Shown here piece by piece: positions 1 through 9,061 of a stretch of DNA of 40,975 nt; the first letter of the stretch is position 1, and each line of letters begins with the position of its first letter. Origin of the DNA: Phascolarctobacterium succinatutens (GTDB lineage: Bacteria; Bacillota; Clostridia; Oscillospirales; Oscillospiraceae); assembly GCA_963640555.1 (NCBI GenBank), contig CAVHZB010000011.1, positions 1 to 40,975 on the forward strand. The letters are read 5' to 3'. The notes under the pieces are model-generated. The model worked only from the letters and a program-made list of their open reading frames with translations, made no database searches and was not told the origin of the DNA. Both the position numbers and the translations under genes were made by a program.

Positions 1-10
1 TGAAAAAGCT

Positions 11-43
11 GGCAAATTGGAGCTGGGACAGCTCCAATTTGCC
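11..43. terminator. Perfect 15-bp inverted-repeat hairpin, probably a bidirectional terminator between an off-window + gene and the minus-strand operon
   Basis: GGCAAATTGGAGCTG-gga-CAGCTCCAATTTGCC. On the minus strand it is followed by AGCTTTTTCA. On the plus strand it is followed by a small CGCTG-ttt-CAGCG hairpin and CCTTTTTTC. Confidence 0.5.
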
Positions 44-76
44 GCTGTTTCAGCGCCTTTTTTCAACAACATACGC

Positions 77-115
77 AAGAACCACTGTTTTCGCTTTTTG
101 AAAGCAGTGGTTCTT
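77..115. other. Second hairpin (11-bp stem, 17-nt loop) in the convergent intergenic region
   Basis: AAGAACCACTG (77-87) pairs with CAGTGGTTCTT (105-115). There is no clear U-run on either strand. Confidence 0.3.
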
Positions 116-127
116 TGACAGGCTGAG

Positions 128-167
128 GCTGAAAAATTCTGCACCTATACGGTGCAGAATTTTCAGC
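128..167 (-). terminator. Intrinsic terminator of the prs...kinase operon, overlapping the kinase stop codon
   Basis: On the minus strand: AATTCTGCACC-gtata-GGTGCAGAAT followed by TTTTT. The stem extends, with one bulge, to GCTG/CAGC. The TGA at 163-165 lies inside the 5' arm. Confidence 0.7.
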
Positions 168-1050
168 CTATAAGCTCCGGACAAAGCTCGGGGTTTATCG
201 TCTCCGCGCACTGCGCGCACATGGCAGCGGCTTTCATTGCGGCCGCCGCGCTTTCGGCAACGCTCAGCCCGTTCACATCCGCCCATATTATGGCGGCGGT
301 CGCGGCATCGCCGCAGCCCGTGGCGTTCACTACCTCGAATTTTTCACATGGGAGCTTTATTATCTCGCCGTCGGACGCGGCAACGATACCGTCGCTGCCG
401 AGGGAGACGAATACCTTCTTTACGCCCTGCCTGAGCAGCGCCTCAGCCGCAAACAGCGATGTGCTCTCACCTGTCAGGCTTTTTGCTTCGTACTCATTGG
501 GCTTAAAAGCGGTGAGCTTTGAAAACGCCGGTCTGAGCCGCTCGCTCTTTGCGACCGAAACCGGGTCGGCGTACAGCGGCGCAGTCACATTTTCGGCGAT
601 CCATGCTACGGTGCTTTGCGTCAGATTTGCGTCTATCACAACGGCATCGGCCGAATTTATCTCCGTCAGATGCCGTCCGAGATATTCCGGAGTTATGCTC
701 GCGGATATATCCGTGTCGTTTACTCCGAGGAGCATATCTCCGTTTTCGTCGGTCACATACAGATAGCTTGAGGTCCTGCCGCCGTTTATGGTGCGGCTCA
801 GGTGCATATCCATACCAAGCGAAACACAGCTTTCGTATATGCTCCTGCCGTAAACATCATTGCCGATGGCGGCGATGAACTTTACATCCACACCCAGCAG
901 GCGCAGATTATGCGCGATATTGCGCCCTACTCCGCCGGGGCTGAAGCTCACCGTGCCGGGAGTTGAATCCTTCATGCGCGGCGGTCTGTCCGGTCTGCCG
1001 CAAATGTCTATATTTACGGCGCCTATAACTACTGCAGTTTTATTCCCCAT
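163..1050 (-). CDS. PfkB-family carbohydrate kinase, pseudouridine kinase (PsuK/YeiC)-like
   Basis: 295-aa ORF. It carries VVIGAVNIDI...DSTPG..SPGGVGRNIAHNL at the N-terminus and the NATGCGDA PfkB signature near the C-terminus. It is collinear with E. coli YeiC as I remember it (SSYLY..ENGDML.GVND.DIS..IT.EYL; DPVS...KPN..EA..LTG). GGAGG lies 4-5 nt upstream of ATG 1050. The start overlaps the glgP end by 22 nt. Confidence 0.85.
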   Translation of the reverse strand: MGNKTAVVIGAVNIDICGRPDRPPRMKDSTPGTVSFSPGGVGRNIAHNLRLLGVDVKFIAAIGNDVYGRSIYESCVSLGMDMHLSRTINGGRTSSYLYVTDENGDMLLGVNDTDISASITPEYLGRHLTEINSADAVVIDANLTQSTVAWIAENVTAPLYADPVSVAKSERLRPAFSKLTAFKPNEYEAKSLTGESTSLFAAEALLRQGVKKVFVSLGSDGIVAASDGEIIKLPCEKFEVVNATGCGDAATAAIIWADVNGLSVAESAAAAMKAAAMCAQCAETINPELCPELIG

Positions 1051-3440
1051 ATGCCCTCCGCATACTCCTTTATCGCTCTGTCGGCGGCGAATATCCCCGC
1101 CTGAGCCGTGTTGACTATCGACAGGCGCGCAAGCTCTGCCGGATCGGATATTGCCGCGTACATCCTGTCATGGGTGCTTACATAGTCGCGGTAATCGGCG
1201 CACAGCATATACGGGTCGCCGTTATACAGCAGGTTAGACACGAGGTCGGAATAGCTCTTGCCGTCGCCAAAGCCGCAGCTTATCCGGTCGAGCACTGCCG
1301 CGAGCTCGGCATCCTCCCGCACGATGCGCTGGGGGTCATAGCCGGAGGTCTTCAGAGCGTTCACCTCGTTTGTTCTGAGTCCGAACAGGAACATGTTCTC
1401 ATCGCCGAGGCGCTCATACATTTCAACATTCGCGCCGTCGAGCGTGCCGATAGTGACGGCGCCGTTCAGCATGAGCTTCATGTTGCCGGTGCCGGAGGCC
1501 TCCTTGCCCGCCGTTGATATCTGCTCGGACACCTGAGCCGCCGGCATAAGCGCCTCCGCCGCCGATACGCGGTAGTTTTCCATAAAGCAGACCTGAAGCC
1601 TGCCCCTGCACAGCGGGTCGCGGTTTATATCGTTGGCCAGCGAGCATATGAGCTCGATTATCCTCTTTGCGGTATAGTAGCCTGCGGCCGCCTTTGCTCC
1701 GAACACAAAGGAGCGCGGCGTAAATTCTGCGTTTGGGTCGTCGTGTATCCGCATTTGCAGACGCGTTATGAGCATTGCGCACAGCAGCTGCCGCTTATAC
1801 TCGTGCAGGCGCTTTACCTGAACATCGAGTATTGCGTCCGTATCAAGGGCAAACCCGTCGTTTTTAGTGAGAAATTCCGCAAAATCGCGTTTATTCTGAA
1901 GCTTTATCTCGTTTACCGCGCGCTGAGCCGAGGCATTTCCGGCAAGCTCCTTGAGCCTTATGAGCTGCTCAGGCTTTGTAAGATATTCATCACTGCCGAG
2001 CGAGGCACTGACAAAAGCGTGCAGTCTCGGGTTTATCTGTGCCAGCCAGCGGCGGTGGTCTATGCCGTTTGTGACATAGGTAAAGCGCTCGGGACGGAGC
2101 CGGCATATATCCTTAAACAGGTCTGTTTTCAGTATCTCACCGTGCAGAGCCGAAACGCCGTTTATCTTGTAGCAGGCTGCCAGACACAGGTTTGCCATAT
2201 GCACCTGCCCATCTCGGATGATAAGGTTTTTGCCGACCTTTTCGCTGCTGCCGAAGCGAGCAACAAGATCGTCGCACCAGCGGCGGTTTATCTCGCACAG
2301 TATCTCCCAAACGCGCGGCAGAAGCGTCTGCACGAGCTCCTGCGGCCACTTTTCGAGTGCTTCACTCATAACGGTGTGGTTCGTATACGCAACCGAGGCG
2401 CTCACCGTGCTCCACGCCTCATCCCAGCCGAGTCCGTACTCATCCATCATTATGCGCATGAGCTCGGGGATAACGAGCGCGGGGTGGGTGTCGTTTATCT
2501 GGATAACATGATGCTTTGCAAAGCTCTTTATATCGCCGAAGCGAGCCATATGGGTCTTTATTATTGACTGAGCGGTCGCCGAGAGGAAGAAATACTGCTG
2601 CTTCAGGCGCAGGGTCTTGCCCTCGATGTGATCGTCGGCGGGATACAGCACCTTGGTGATGACCTCGCTCATTGTGCGCTGCTCAAGGCTTTTTACATAC
2701 TCGCCCTCGGAGAACAGGTACATATCGAGTGCACTGGTGCTTCTGGCATCCCAAAGCCTGAGAATATTGACCTTGCTGCCGCCGTAGCCGGCTATGAGCA
2801 TATCGCGCGGCACTGCCGTCACGGTCTGATAGCCGGTGTGCTCGGCGTGGTACCTGCCGAAGCTGTCCCAGCGGGGCGAGATGTTCCCGCCGAAGCGCAC
2901 CTCTACCGCCTCGTCGTTGCGCGCGACGAGCCAGCTCTCGGCTGCACTGCGCCAATCGTCGGCTACCTCGGTCTGCTTTCCGTCGGCTATCTTCTGGCGG
3001 AATATGCCCAGCTCGTAGCACAGCGAGTAGCCCGTTGCGGGTATGCCGAGAGTCGCAAGCGAATCCATGTAGCAGGCGGCGAGTCTGCCGAGTCCGCCGT
3101 TGCCGAGTCCGGCATCGTTTTCCGCCTCAAATATATCCGCGGCATTTCTGCCGAGATCCTCGAGAGCGCCCGTGAGTGCCTCGGATATGCCGAGATTGAA
3201 GGCGTTTTTCATAAGGCTTCTGCCCATGAGAAACTCCATGGAGAGATAGTGCACCTCGCGCTCCGGGCATTTTGTCTCCTGAGCGGTGAGAAGCCTGCTC
3301 ATTATCTCTCTTATAACGATGGCGCTGGCCTGAAACACCTGATCGTCGGTCGCCGTTTTTGCCGTTACCGCGAAATGCGCGCACAGCTTATCCTCTATCG
3401 CGCTGCGCACCTCATCGCGTGAGATCTGATTTACATACAT
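1029..3440 (-). CDS. glgP: Glycogen/alpha-glucan phosphorylase (GT35)
   Basis: 803-aa ORF with the PLP-lysine motif EASGTGNMKLMLNGA and the GLGNGGLGRLAAC motif. The length is typical of GlgP/MalP. Confidence 0.95.
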   Translation of the reverse strand: MYVNQISRDEVRSAIEDKLCAHFAVTAKTATDDQVFQASAIVIREIMSRLLTAQETKCPEREVHYLSMEFLMGRSLMKNAFNLGISEALTGALEDLGRNAADIFEAENDAGLGNGGLGRLAACYMDSLATLGIPATGYSLCYELGIFRQKIADGKQTEVADDWRSAAESWLVARNDEAVEVRFGGNISPRWDSFGRYHAEHTGYQTVTAVPRDMLIAGYGGSKVNILRLWDARSTSALDMYLFSEGEYVKSLEQRTMSEVITKVLYPADDHIEGKTLRLKQQYFFLSATAQSIIKTHMARFGDIKSFAKHHVIQINDTHPALVIPELMRIMMDEYGLGWDEAWSTVSASVAYTNHTVMSEALEKWPQELVQTLLPRVWEILCEINRRWCDDLVARFGSSEKVGKNLIIRDGQVHMANLCLAACYKINGVSALHGEILKTDLFKDICRLRPERFTYVTNGIDHRRWLAQINPRLHAFVSASLGSDEYLTKPEQLIRLKELAGNASAQRAVNEIKLQNKRDFAEFLTKNDGFALDTDAILDVQVKRLHEYKRQLLCAMLITRLQMRIHDDPNAEFTPRSFVFGAKAAAGYYTAKRIIELICSLANDINRDPLCRGRLQVCFMENYRVSAAEALMPAAQVSEQISTAGKEASGTGNMKLMLNGAVTIGTLDGANVEMYERLGDENMFLFGLRTNEVNALKTSGYDPQRIVREDAELAAVLDRISCGFGDGKSYSDLVSNLLYNGDPYMLCADYRDYVSTHDRMYAAISDPAELARLSIVNTAQAGIFAADRAIKEYAEGIWGIKLQ

Positions 3441-3460
3441 AGGTTATTGCCTCAAATTGC

Positions 3461-4573
3461 TTAGATTTTAGTGCCTTTCGGCAGGATGACGGGCAGCTTC
3501 TCACTGCCCATTATGGTCTGGAAGGATGATACCTCGGAAATTTTATCGGCGATAACATTTTTCATCGTAACGCCCTCGGCTATCTTCGCGCCGCGCATGA
3601 CAACGCAGCCGCTGAGCTTTGCGCCCCTGCTTATCCTGACATCGGACGATATGATGCAGTTGTCTATCTCGCCCTCTATTATGCAGCCGTCGGAGACGAG
3701 GCAGTTGGATGCCTTCGAGCCCTCGGCATAATATGTGCTGACATCCTCGTGCGTTTTCGTGCGCACCGGACGCTCCGGCGGGAACAACTCCGCGCGCTTT
3801 TCGCCGCTGAGCATATCCATATTCGCCGCAAAGTATGACTGTGTGCTCATTATACGCTTACCGTAGCCGCGGTGATAATAAACGCCTACCCTGCCGCCGT
3901 TTGCGAGGTAAGCCGCTATCGCATCGCGGTGGAAGTGATAATGATTTTCCGCCCTGCAGGTCTCCATCATCCTCAGCAGGAGCTCCTTGGAGATTATATA
4001 CGCCTCAAGCGACGCCGCTCCCTGCCCCGCCGTGGTCTGGTTGAATATCATTGCGCGGGCAAAGCCGTCCTCGCCGACGATATAGCGGTGATGATTATAA
4101 TCGGGTGTATCCTCGGTGCAGATGGCGGTTATCTCCGTGCCCGTTCTCAGATGCTGGTGTATTGCCGCACGAAGGTCGATATTAGCCGCGGTATTGCCGT
4201 GCATCATGACGATATACCTGGCGTTTATATCGTTTATATAGGTCGAAACGGCGTTGAGCGCCTCTATCGTTCCGGTATAATCGCCGCGGTGATATTCGGG
4301 AAGTCCGAACGGCGGCAGCATACGCAGACCGCCTATTCTGCGCCCCATATCCCAGTCCTTGCCGCTTGCAAGGTGGTCGAGCAGCGACTGATAGTCGCGG
4401 CGCATTATAACGCCGACATCGTGTATGCCCGCGTTCATCAGCGAGGACAGAGCAAAGTCTATAAGTCTGTATCTTCCGCAGAACGGCAGTGACGATGCCG
4501 TGCGCTTTTTTACGAGCTCGCCGAGCTCAGGAACGGCTCCGTAGGCAAAGATAATTCCGTGAAAATCGCTCAT
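3461..4573 (-). CDS. glgD: Glucose-1-phosphate adenylyltransferase, regulatory subunit GlgD
   Basis: 370-aa paralogue of GlgC, 3 nt downstream of glgC. It lacks the GGxGxRL loop (it has FAYGAVPELGEL) and has a left-handed beta-helix-type C-terminus. A GAGGAGG SD lies 8 nt upstream. Confidence 0.9.
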   Translation of the reverse strand: MSDFHGIIFAYGAVPELGELVKKRTASSLPFCGRYRLIDFALSSLMNAGIHDVGVIMRRDYQSLLDHLASGKDWDMGRRIGGLRMLPPFGLPEYHRGDYTGTIEALNAVSTYINDINARYIVMMHGNTAANIDLRAAIHQHLRTGTEITAICTEDTPDYNHHRYIVGEDGFARAMIFNQTTAGQGAASLEAYIISKELLLRMMETCRAENHYHFHRDAIAAYLANGGRVGVYYHRGYGKRIMSTQSYFAANMDMLSGEKRAELFPPERPVRTKTHEDVSTYYAEGSKASNCLVSDGCIIEGEIDNCIISSDVRISRGAKLSGCVVMRGAKIAEGVTMKNVIADKISEVSSFQTIMGSEKLPVILPKGTKI

Positions 4574-4576
4574 TTC

Positions 4577-5770
4577 TCAGACCTCCTCGCTTTTGTATAT
4601 CATGGCGCCGGCCTTGACCTGCGCACCCTGTCTTACCGTGATGCGCGGACCGCAGGTGGCAACGCCCCACTCATCGCTTCCGTCCGGCGCGGCACCGACA
4701 TGGGCGCCGCTTTTTATTACCGTGCCCTCGCCGATTATCGCATACTCCACCGTTGCTCCGGTCTCGACATGCGCGCCCGGCATCAGCACCGAATACAGCA
4801 CCCTTGCCCCCTTCTCGACCACTGCCGAGCTTGAGAGCACGGAGTTTTCAACACTGCCCTCTATAATGCAGCCCTCCGTAACTATCGAGTGCTCCACGAC
4901 GGCATCCTCGCCGACATAGTGCGGCGGCTGGGCAACGCTTCTCGAGCGTATCGGCCAGCTCGGGTCATAGAGGTTTATGAGCGTCGTCGACAGCATATCC
5001 ATGTTTGCGTCCCAAAGGCTCGTTATCGTGCCGACATCGCGCCAGTAGCCGTCAAAGCGGTAGGGCCACAGCTTTTCGCCGGCCTTGAGCATATTGGGGA
5101 TTATATTTTTTCCGAAGTCCTTGCTCGAATCGGGATCGTTCTCATCCTCGACAAGGTACTTGCGGAGCTTCTTCCAGTTGAATATGTAAATGCCCATCGA
5201 GGCGAGATCGCTCTTGGGCTGCTCGGGCTTTTCCTCAAACTGCTCCACATAGCCGCTCTCGCCGAGATTCATGATACCGAAGCGGGTGGCCTCCTCCATG
5301 GAGACCTGCAGAACGGCGATGGTACACGCGGCATCCTTCTCGATGTGCTCACGAAGCATTTTGGAGTAATCCATCTTGTAGATGTGATCGCCCGAGAGGA
5401 TGAGAACATTATCGGGATCGTACATCTCGATAAAGCCGATGTTCTGGTAAATGGCGTTTGCGGTGCCGGAGAACCACGATCCGGTCTCTCCGGCAGTCTG
5501 GTACGGCGGCAGGATGAACACGCCTCCGTCGGTGGAATCAAGATCCCACGGCTGCCCGCCGCCGATGTAGCTGTTTAGCTGAAGCGGACGGTACTGCGTT
5601 AAAACGCCGACCGTATCTATACCGGAGTTTGCGCAGTTAGACAATGGAAAATCTATTATGCGGTATTTGCCGCCAAACGGCATATTGGGCTTTGCCACAT
5701 CCTGCGTGAGCGCATAGAGTCTTGAGCCCTGTCCCCCCGCGAGGAGCATTGCTATGCAGCTTTTTTTCAT
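4577..5770 (-). CDS. glgC: Glucose-1-phosphate adenylyltransferase
   Basis: 397-aa ORF with [22 protein letters not shown] and a hexapeptide-repeat C-terminus. Confidence 0.95.
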   Translation of the reverse strand: MKKSCIAMLLAGGQGSRLYALTQDVAKPNMPFGGKYRIIDFPLSNCANSGIDTVGVLTQYRPLQLNSYIGGGQPWDLDSTDGGVFILPPYQTAGETGSWFSGTANAIYQNIGFIEMYDPDNVLILSGDHIYKMDYSKMLREHIEKDAACTIAVLQVSMEEATRFGIMNLGESGYVEQFEEKPEQPKSDLASMGIYIFNWKKLRKYLVEDENDPDSSKDFGKNIIPNMLKAGEKLWPYRFDGYWRDVGTITSLWDANMDMLSTTLINLYDPSWPIRSRSVAQPPHYVGEDAVVEHSIVTEGCIIEGSVENSVLSSSAVVEKGARVLYSVLMPGAHVETGATVEYAIIGEGTVIKSGAHVGAAPDGSDEWGVATCGPRITVRQGAQVKAGAMIYKSEEV

Positions 5771-5799
5771 GTCATCCGTCCTTTCCCTTATTGCGATCG

Positions 5800-6393
5800 T
5801 CAGTTAAATTTATTCATCGCGCGCTGAGCGCCCTCGGTGATATAGCATTCAACGGCGTCAGCCGTCTGCCTGGAGAGCAGCTCCATATCCGCCGCATCCT
5901 GGCCCTTGAATGCGCCGAGCACCCAGTCGGCCATATCATAATCCGGATGGGGCGGCGCTCCGACACCAAGGCGTATGCGCGGGAACCTGTCCGTTCCGAG
6001 CTGTGCGATTATGCTTTTCAGACCGTTGTGACCTCCCGCCGAGCCGCCGGTGCGAATGCGCATTTTGCCCACCGGCAGAGCTGTTTCGTCGGACACGACT
6101 ATCACCCTTTCGGGCGGGAGCTTATAGAACCTGACCGCCTGTATCACGGCATCGCCGGACAGATTCATGTAGGTCTGCGGCTTCATGAGCAGCACCTTCT
6201 GTCCGCCTATATCCACGGTTTGAGTCAGTGCCTTGAAGCGCATACGGTTTATTTTAACGCCGAGCTTTTTCTCCGTTGCATCGGCTGCCATAAAGCCCGC
6301 GTTGTGCCTTGTTCCGTTATATTTAAGACCGGGGTTGCCGAGGAAAACGACAAGCCACGACACCCCGCCTTTATTCATAAACATTTTTATCAC
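5800..6393 (-). CDS. pth: Peptidyl-tRNA hydrolase
   Basis: Carries the [21 protein letters not shown] signature. GTG 6393 overlaps the prs stop (GTGA). In-frame ATGs at 6384 and 6378 are alternative starts. Confidence 0.9.
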   Translation of the reverse strand: MIKMFMNKGGVSWLVVFLGNPGLKYNGTRHNAGFMAADATEKKLGVKINRMRFKALTQTVDIGGQKVLLMKPQTYMNLSGDAVIQAVRFYKLPPERVIVVSDETALPVGKMRIRTGGSAGGHNGLKSIIAQLGTDRFPRIRLGVGAPPHPDYDMADWVLGAFKGQDAADMELLSRQTADAVECYITEGAQRAMNKFN

Positions 6394-7352
6394 TCAAACA
6401 GATTGGAAATGGATATCTCCTCGTAAACACGCTGGATAGCTTCGGCAAAGACGGGCGCGACGGACATATATTTGATCTTCGCGCACATTTCCGCGTTTTC
6501 GGGGTAAGGAATGGTATCGAGCAGCAGAAGCTCCTTTATGGTGCTGCCCGCTATGCGCTCGATGGCGGGACCGGAGAGAACACCGTGGCTTGCGCAGGCG
6601 TAGACCTCCTTTGCGCCGCCTATCTCAACGATGGCCTTTGCTGCGCCCACGAGCGAGCCTGCGGTATCGACCATATCGTCGAGCAGAATGCAGGTCTTGC
6701 CCTCGACATTGCCGATTATATTCATGACCTCGGACTGGTTTGCCCGTTCGCGGCGCTTATCGACTATAGCCATATTGCAGCCGAGCTTCATGGAGAAATT
6801 ACGGGCACGCGCAGTGCTGCCGACATCGGGAGATACGACCATTACATCGTCATTATCCTTGCCGAAAACATCAATATAATGCTTTGCAAAGAGAGGTGCA
6901 CCGAAAAGATTGTCAACGGGAATGTCAAAGAAGCCCTGTATCTGTGCGGCATGGAGATCCATGGTGAGCACACGGTCGGCTCCGGCTGCGGTGATAAGGT
7001 TTGCAACGAGCTTTGCGGAAATGGGATCGCGGCTTTTTGCCTTGCGGTCCTGACGGGCATAGCCGAAATAAGGGATGACGGCGGTTATTCTGCCCGCAGA
7101 CGCTCTGCGTACCGCGTCGATCATAACGAGCAGCTCCATGAGGTTGTCGTTAACGGGCTTGCAGGTGGACTGCACGATGAAAACATCAGCACCGCGGACG
7201 GGCTCGTGCACGGATATGGAGCACTCTCCGTCAGCGAAGTGCGAGCAGCTGCATTCTCCGAGATTCTTGAAAAGCTGGTTGCATATTGCCCTTGCGAGCG
7301 CAGGATTGGAATTGCCGGTGAATACCTTGATCTCTTTGCCGTGGGAAATCAT
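6390..7352 (-). CDS. prs: Ribose-phosphate diphosphokinase (PRPP synthetase)
   Basis: 320-aa ORF with DLHAAQIQGFFDIPVDN, VVSPDVGSTARAR and the ILLDDMVDTAGS PRPP-binding loop. A GAGAGGA SD is present. Confidence 0.95.
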   Translation of the reverse strand: MISHGKEIKVFTGNSNPALARAICNQLFKNLGECSCSHFADGECSISVHEPVRGADVFIVQSTCKPVNDNLMELLVMIDAVRRASAGRITAVIPYFGYARQDRKAKSRDPISAKLVANLITAAGADRVLTMDLHAAQIQGFFDIPVDNLFGAPLFAKHYIDVFGKDNDDVMVVSPDVGSTARARNFSMKLGCNMAIVDKRRERANQSEVMNIIGNVEGKTCILLDDMVDTAGSLVGAAKAIVEIGGAKEVYACASHGVLSGPAIERIAGSTIKELLLLDTIPYPENAEMCAKIKYMSVAPVFAEAIQRVYEEISISNLFE

Positions 7353-7407
7353 TTTAAATCGTCCTCTCTGTTTTTATTGGCTGTAAAAGCTCATCTTCAT
7401 TCGCACC

Positions 7408-7436
7408 ATTATACCAAATGCACAACGCCTTGAAAA
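7408..7436 (-). promoter_or_regulatory. Sigma-A-type promoter of the prs operon (extended -10)
   Basis: On the minus strand: TTTTCA, a 17-nt spacer, then TGgTATAAT. It sits about 50 nt upstream of the prs ATG. Confidence 0.6.
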
Positions 7437-7492
7437 GGGGGCGGCATATAGAATTTTACTGTTCACGGTGTCCCGTTTCTGTATAAAAGCGC

Positions 7493-7516
7493 AAGGACGG
7501 CAGAAAAGCCGTCCTT
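7493..7516 (-). terminator. Hairpin terminator downstream of the small membrane-protein gene
   Basis: AAGGACGGC-agaaaa-GCCGTCCTT. It is flanked by an A-rich and a T-rich run, and the T-run is actually stronger on the plus strand (TGTTTTTCGTTTTT). Confidence 0.55.
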
Positions 7517-7529
7517 TGTTTTTCGTTTT

Positions 7530-7721
7530 TCAGTTAAGAGCCGATATACCGATGAGTCCTCTTATGGCGTTGAGCTTATCCTCGATACTGTACGCCGCCG
7601 AGAAAACATCCTGTATGCGCTGCATATCGCCGCCGGTGACAACGCCCGCGAGTATGCACAGTGCGCCCAGAATAAACGCGATGATCGCGATGGTGGACAT
7701 TATCTTCCATGCTCTACTCAT
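7530..7721 (-). CDS. Small (63 aa) single-pass membrane protein, function unknown
   Basis: The ATG at 7721 overlaps the upstream stop by 8 nt (ATGAGTAG). It has one hydrophobic helix (IMSTIAIIAFILGALCILAGVV). No recognisable family. Confidence 0.5.
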   Translation of the reverse strand: MSRAWKIMSTIAIIAFILGALCILAGVVTGGDMQRIQDVFSAAYSIEDKLNAIRGLIGISALN

Positions 7722-8886
7722 TAACGGACACCTCCCTGACACAGATGCTTCTGCCAAGCGCCTTCAGACAGTTTATTATACCGCCTATCGCCTTGAAGAG
7801 CATGATAAGTCCAAGCCAGATAACGATGAGCGCAACGGCAAGCGCTATGAGTGATGCACCCGCGCACATCATAATGTCGGCGAATATATTGAACATTGAA
7901 AACGCAAAGCCGACTACCTTCAGCGCAGCGGCGATCAGTCCTATGCCGAACGCCAGCAGCAGAAGCCCCAGCACGGCGGCTGCCGCCACAAGAACGATCC
8001 CAACGGGTATGGCGAATATGAGGTAAAGCACCAGAAGTGCGGCATTGGTCTCGTACCGAGCTTCCTCCTCAGGCTGCTCCGCCTTCTCAAGCTCGGCAAA
8101 TATCTCCTCACTCTCGTCCTTGGGAGCCTCATCCTCAGGTGCATCGCCGCCGTCCTCTGAGCAGTCCTCCGCATCTTCCTCGGACGGTTCCTCCTCAGGC
8201 TCGGCTTCCTCAGGCTCGGACTCAGACTCGGCTTCCGGCGGAGCTTCTTCCCCGGCGGCCGCGTCAGTCTCGGTCTGCTCCTGCGTTTCGGGAGCTTCTT
8301 CCTCTGCATCGGGCTCGGCTTCCTCAGGAGCCTCCTCTGCTGGGATATCCTCCGGCTGTTCGGCTTCGGGCTCGGCTTCCGCCGGTGTCTCGGTCTCTGC
8401 CGGTGCCTCTGCTTCTGCGGGCATCTCCACGGCCGTTTCCTCTGCCGGCGGTTCTTCCCCGACCGCGGGCACCACCGGTTCCGGCTCAGGCTCGTTAAAG
8501 AATATGGGCTTATACTCTATGCCCTCCTCCAGTGCCTTTTCGCGGCGGATCTCCTCGATTATATCTGCATATGAAAGAGTTTTCTCCGGTTCCGGTTCGG
8601 GCTCCTTCACTCTCGCGGCTGCGGGTGCAGACGGCGCGGTGCTCACGCCGGTGTCACTGCCGTTCTTGGAATCTGCCTCGACCGAGAGCTTGCGCTCACT
8701 GCGCTTATATGTTCGGGAAATCGTAACCGCCAGCTTTGTAGGAGAGCCGAAGCCTTCGAGCATTGCCTGCTCGTCCTCCGCCTCGTCGAGCATTCTGTTG
8801 TACTGGGCAAGAATGTCTTCCTTATCCTCCTTGAACATGAATGCCAGAAGCTTGGACAGCTCCGCCATATAGCGCTGCCTGTTCAT
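7714..8886 (-). CDS. DUF1700-like membrane protein with a long polyacidic E/P/A-rich linker
   Basis: I place the start at ATG 8886, with a GGAGGTGA SD 6 nt upstream. The N-terminal ~60 aa (YMAELSKLL..KEDKEDILAQYNRMLDEAEDE..MLEGFGSPTKLA) resembles DUF1700. The central region is almost only E, P, A, D, T and S. The C-terminus has 3-4 hydrophobic helices. Confidence 0.75.
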   Translation of the reverse strand: MNRQRYMAELSKLLAFMFKEDKEDILAQYNRMLDEAEDEQAMLEGFGSPTKLAVTISRTYKRSERKLSVEADSKNGSDTGVSTAPSAPAAARVKEPEPEPEKTLSYADIIEEIRREKALEEGIEYKPIFFNEPEPEPVVPAVGEEPPAEETAVEMPAEAEAPAETETPAEAEPEAEQPEDIPAEEAPEEAEPDAEEEAPETQEQTETDAAAGEEAPPEAESESEPEEAEPEEEPSEEDAEDCSEDGGDAPEDEAPKDESEEIFAELEKAEQPEEEARYETNAALLVLYLIFAIPVGIVLVAAAAVLGLLLLAFGIGLIAAALKVVGFAFSMFNIFADIMMCAGASLIALAVALIVIWLGLIMLFKAIGGIINCLKALGRSICVREVSVNE

Positions 8887-8931
8887 ACGCGTCACCTCCG
8901 TACTTTTATACTTGCATACCAAATCTATATT

Positions 8932-8960
8932 ATTATAGACAAAAAGTACACTACAGTCAA
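8932..8960 (-). promoter_or_regulatory. Consensus sigma-A promoter for the DUF1700-like gene
   Basis: On the minus strand: TTGACT, a 17-nt spacer, then TATAAT. Confidence 0.7.
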
Positions 8961-9003
8961 GATTTTTTATGTGTTATGATGCCGTTACGACGGCGGTGCG
9001 CTA

Positions 9004-9032
9004 TTGACAAGCCGATTTAAGTCCTATAAAAT
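9004..9032 (+). promoter_or_regulatory. Sigma-A promoter of proS
   Basis: TTGACA, a 17-nt spacer, then TAAAAT. It leaves only a ~25-nt leader before the AAGGAG SD and ATG 9062. Confidence 0.7.
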
Positions 9033-9061
9033 AATTCAGTTATTATGTCAAAAGGAGAATC

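Noticed and set aside
50-286. A 78-aa minus-strand ORF spanning the terminator region and the kinase 3' end
   Set aside because: It runs through three hairpins, overlaps the kinase gene in the same direction in another frame, and has no SD and no motif.
8050-8610. Short imperfect DNA repeats (CTCGGCTTCC, CCTCAGGCTCGG and similar) as a possible CRISPR array or non-coding tandem-repeat array
   Set aside because: The repeats are irregular in length and spacing. They lie inside one continuous open frame and simply encode the E/P/A-rich linker. There is no repeat-spacer periodicity.
8961-9061. A T-box or other leader upstream of proS
   Set aside because: The promoter at 9004-9032 leaves only ~25 nt before the SD. 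No specifier or terminator/antiterminator structures can fit in that space.
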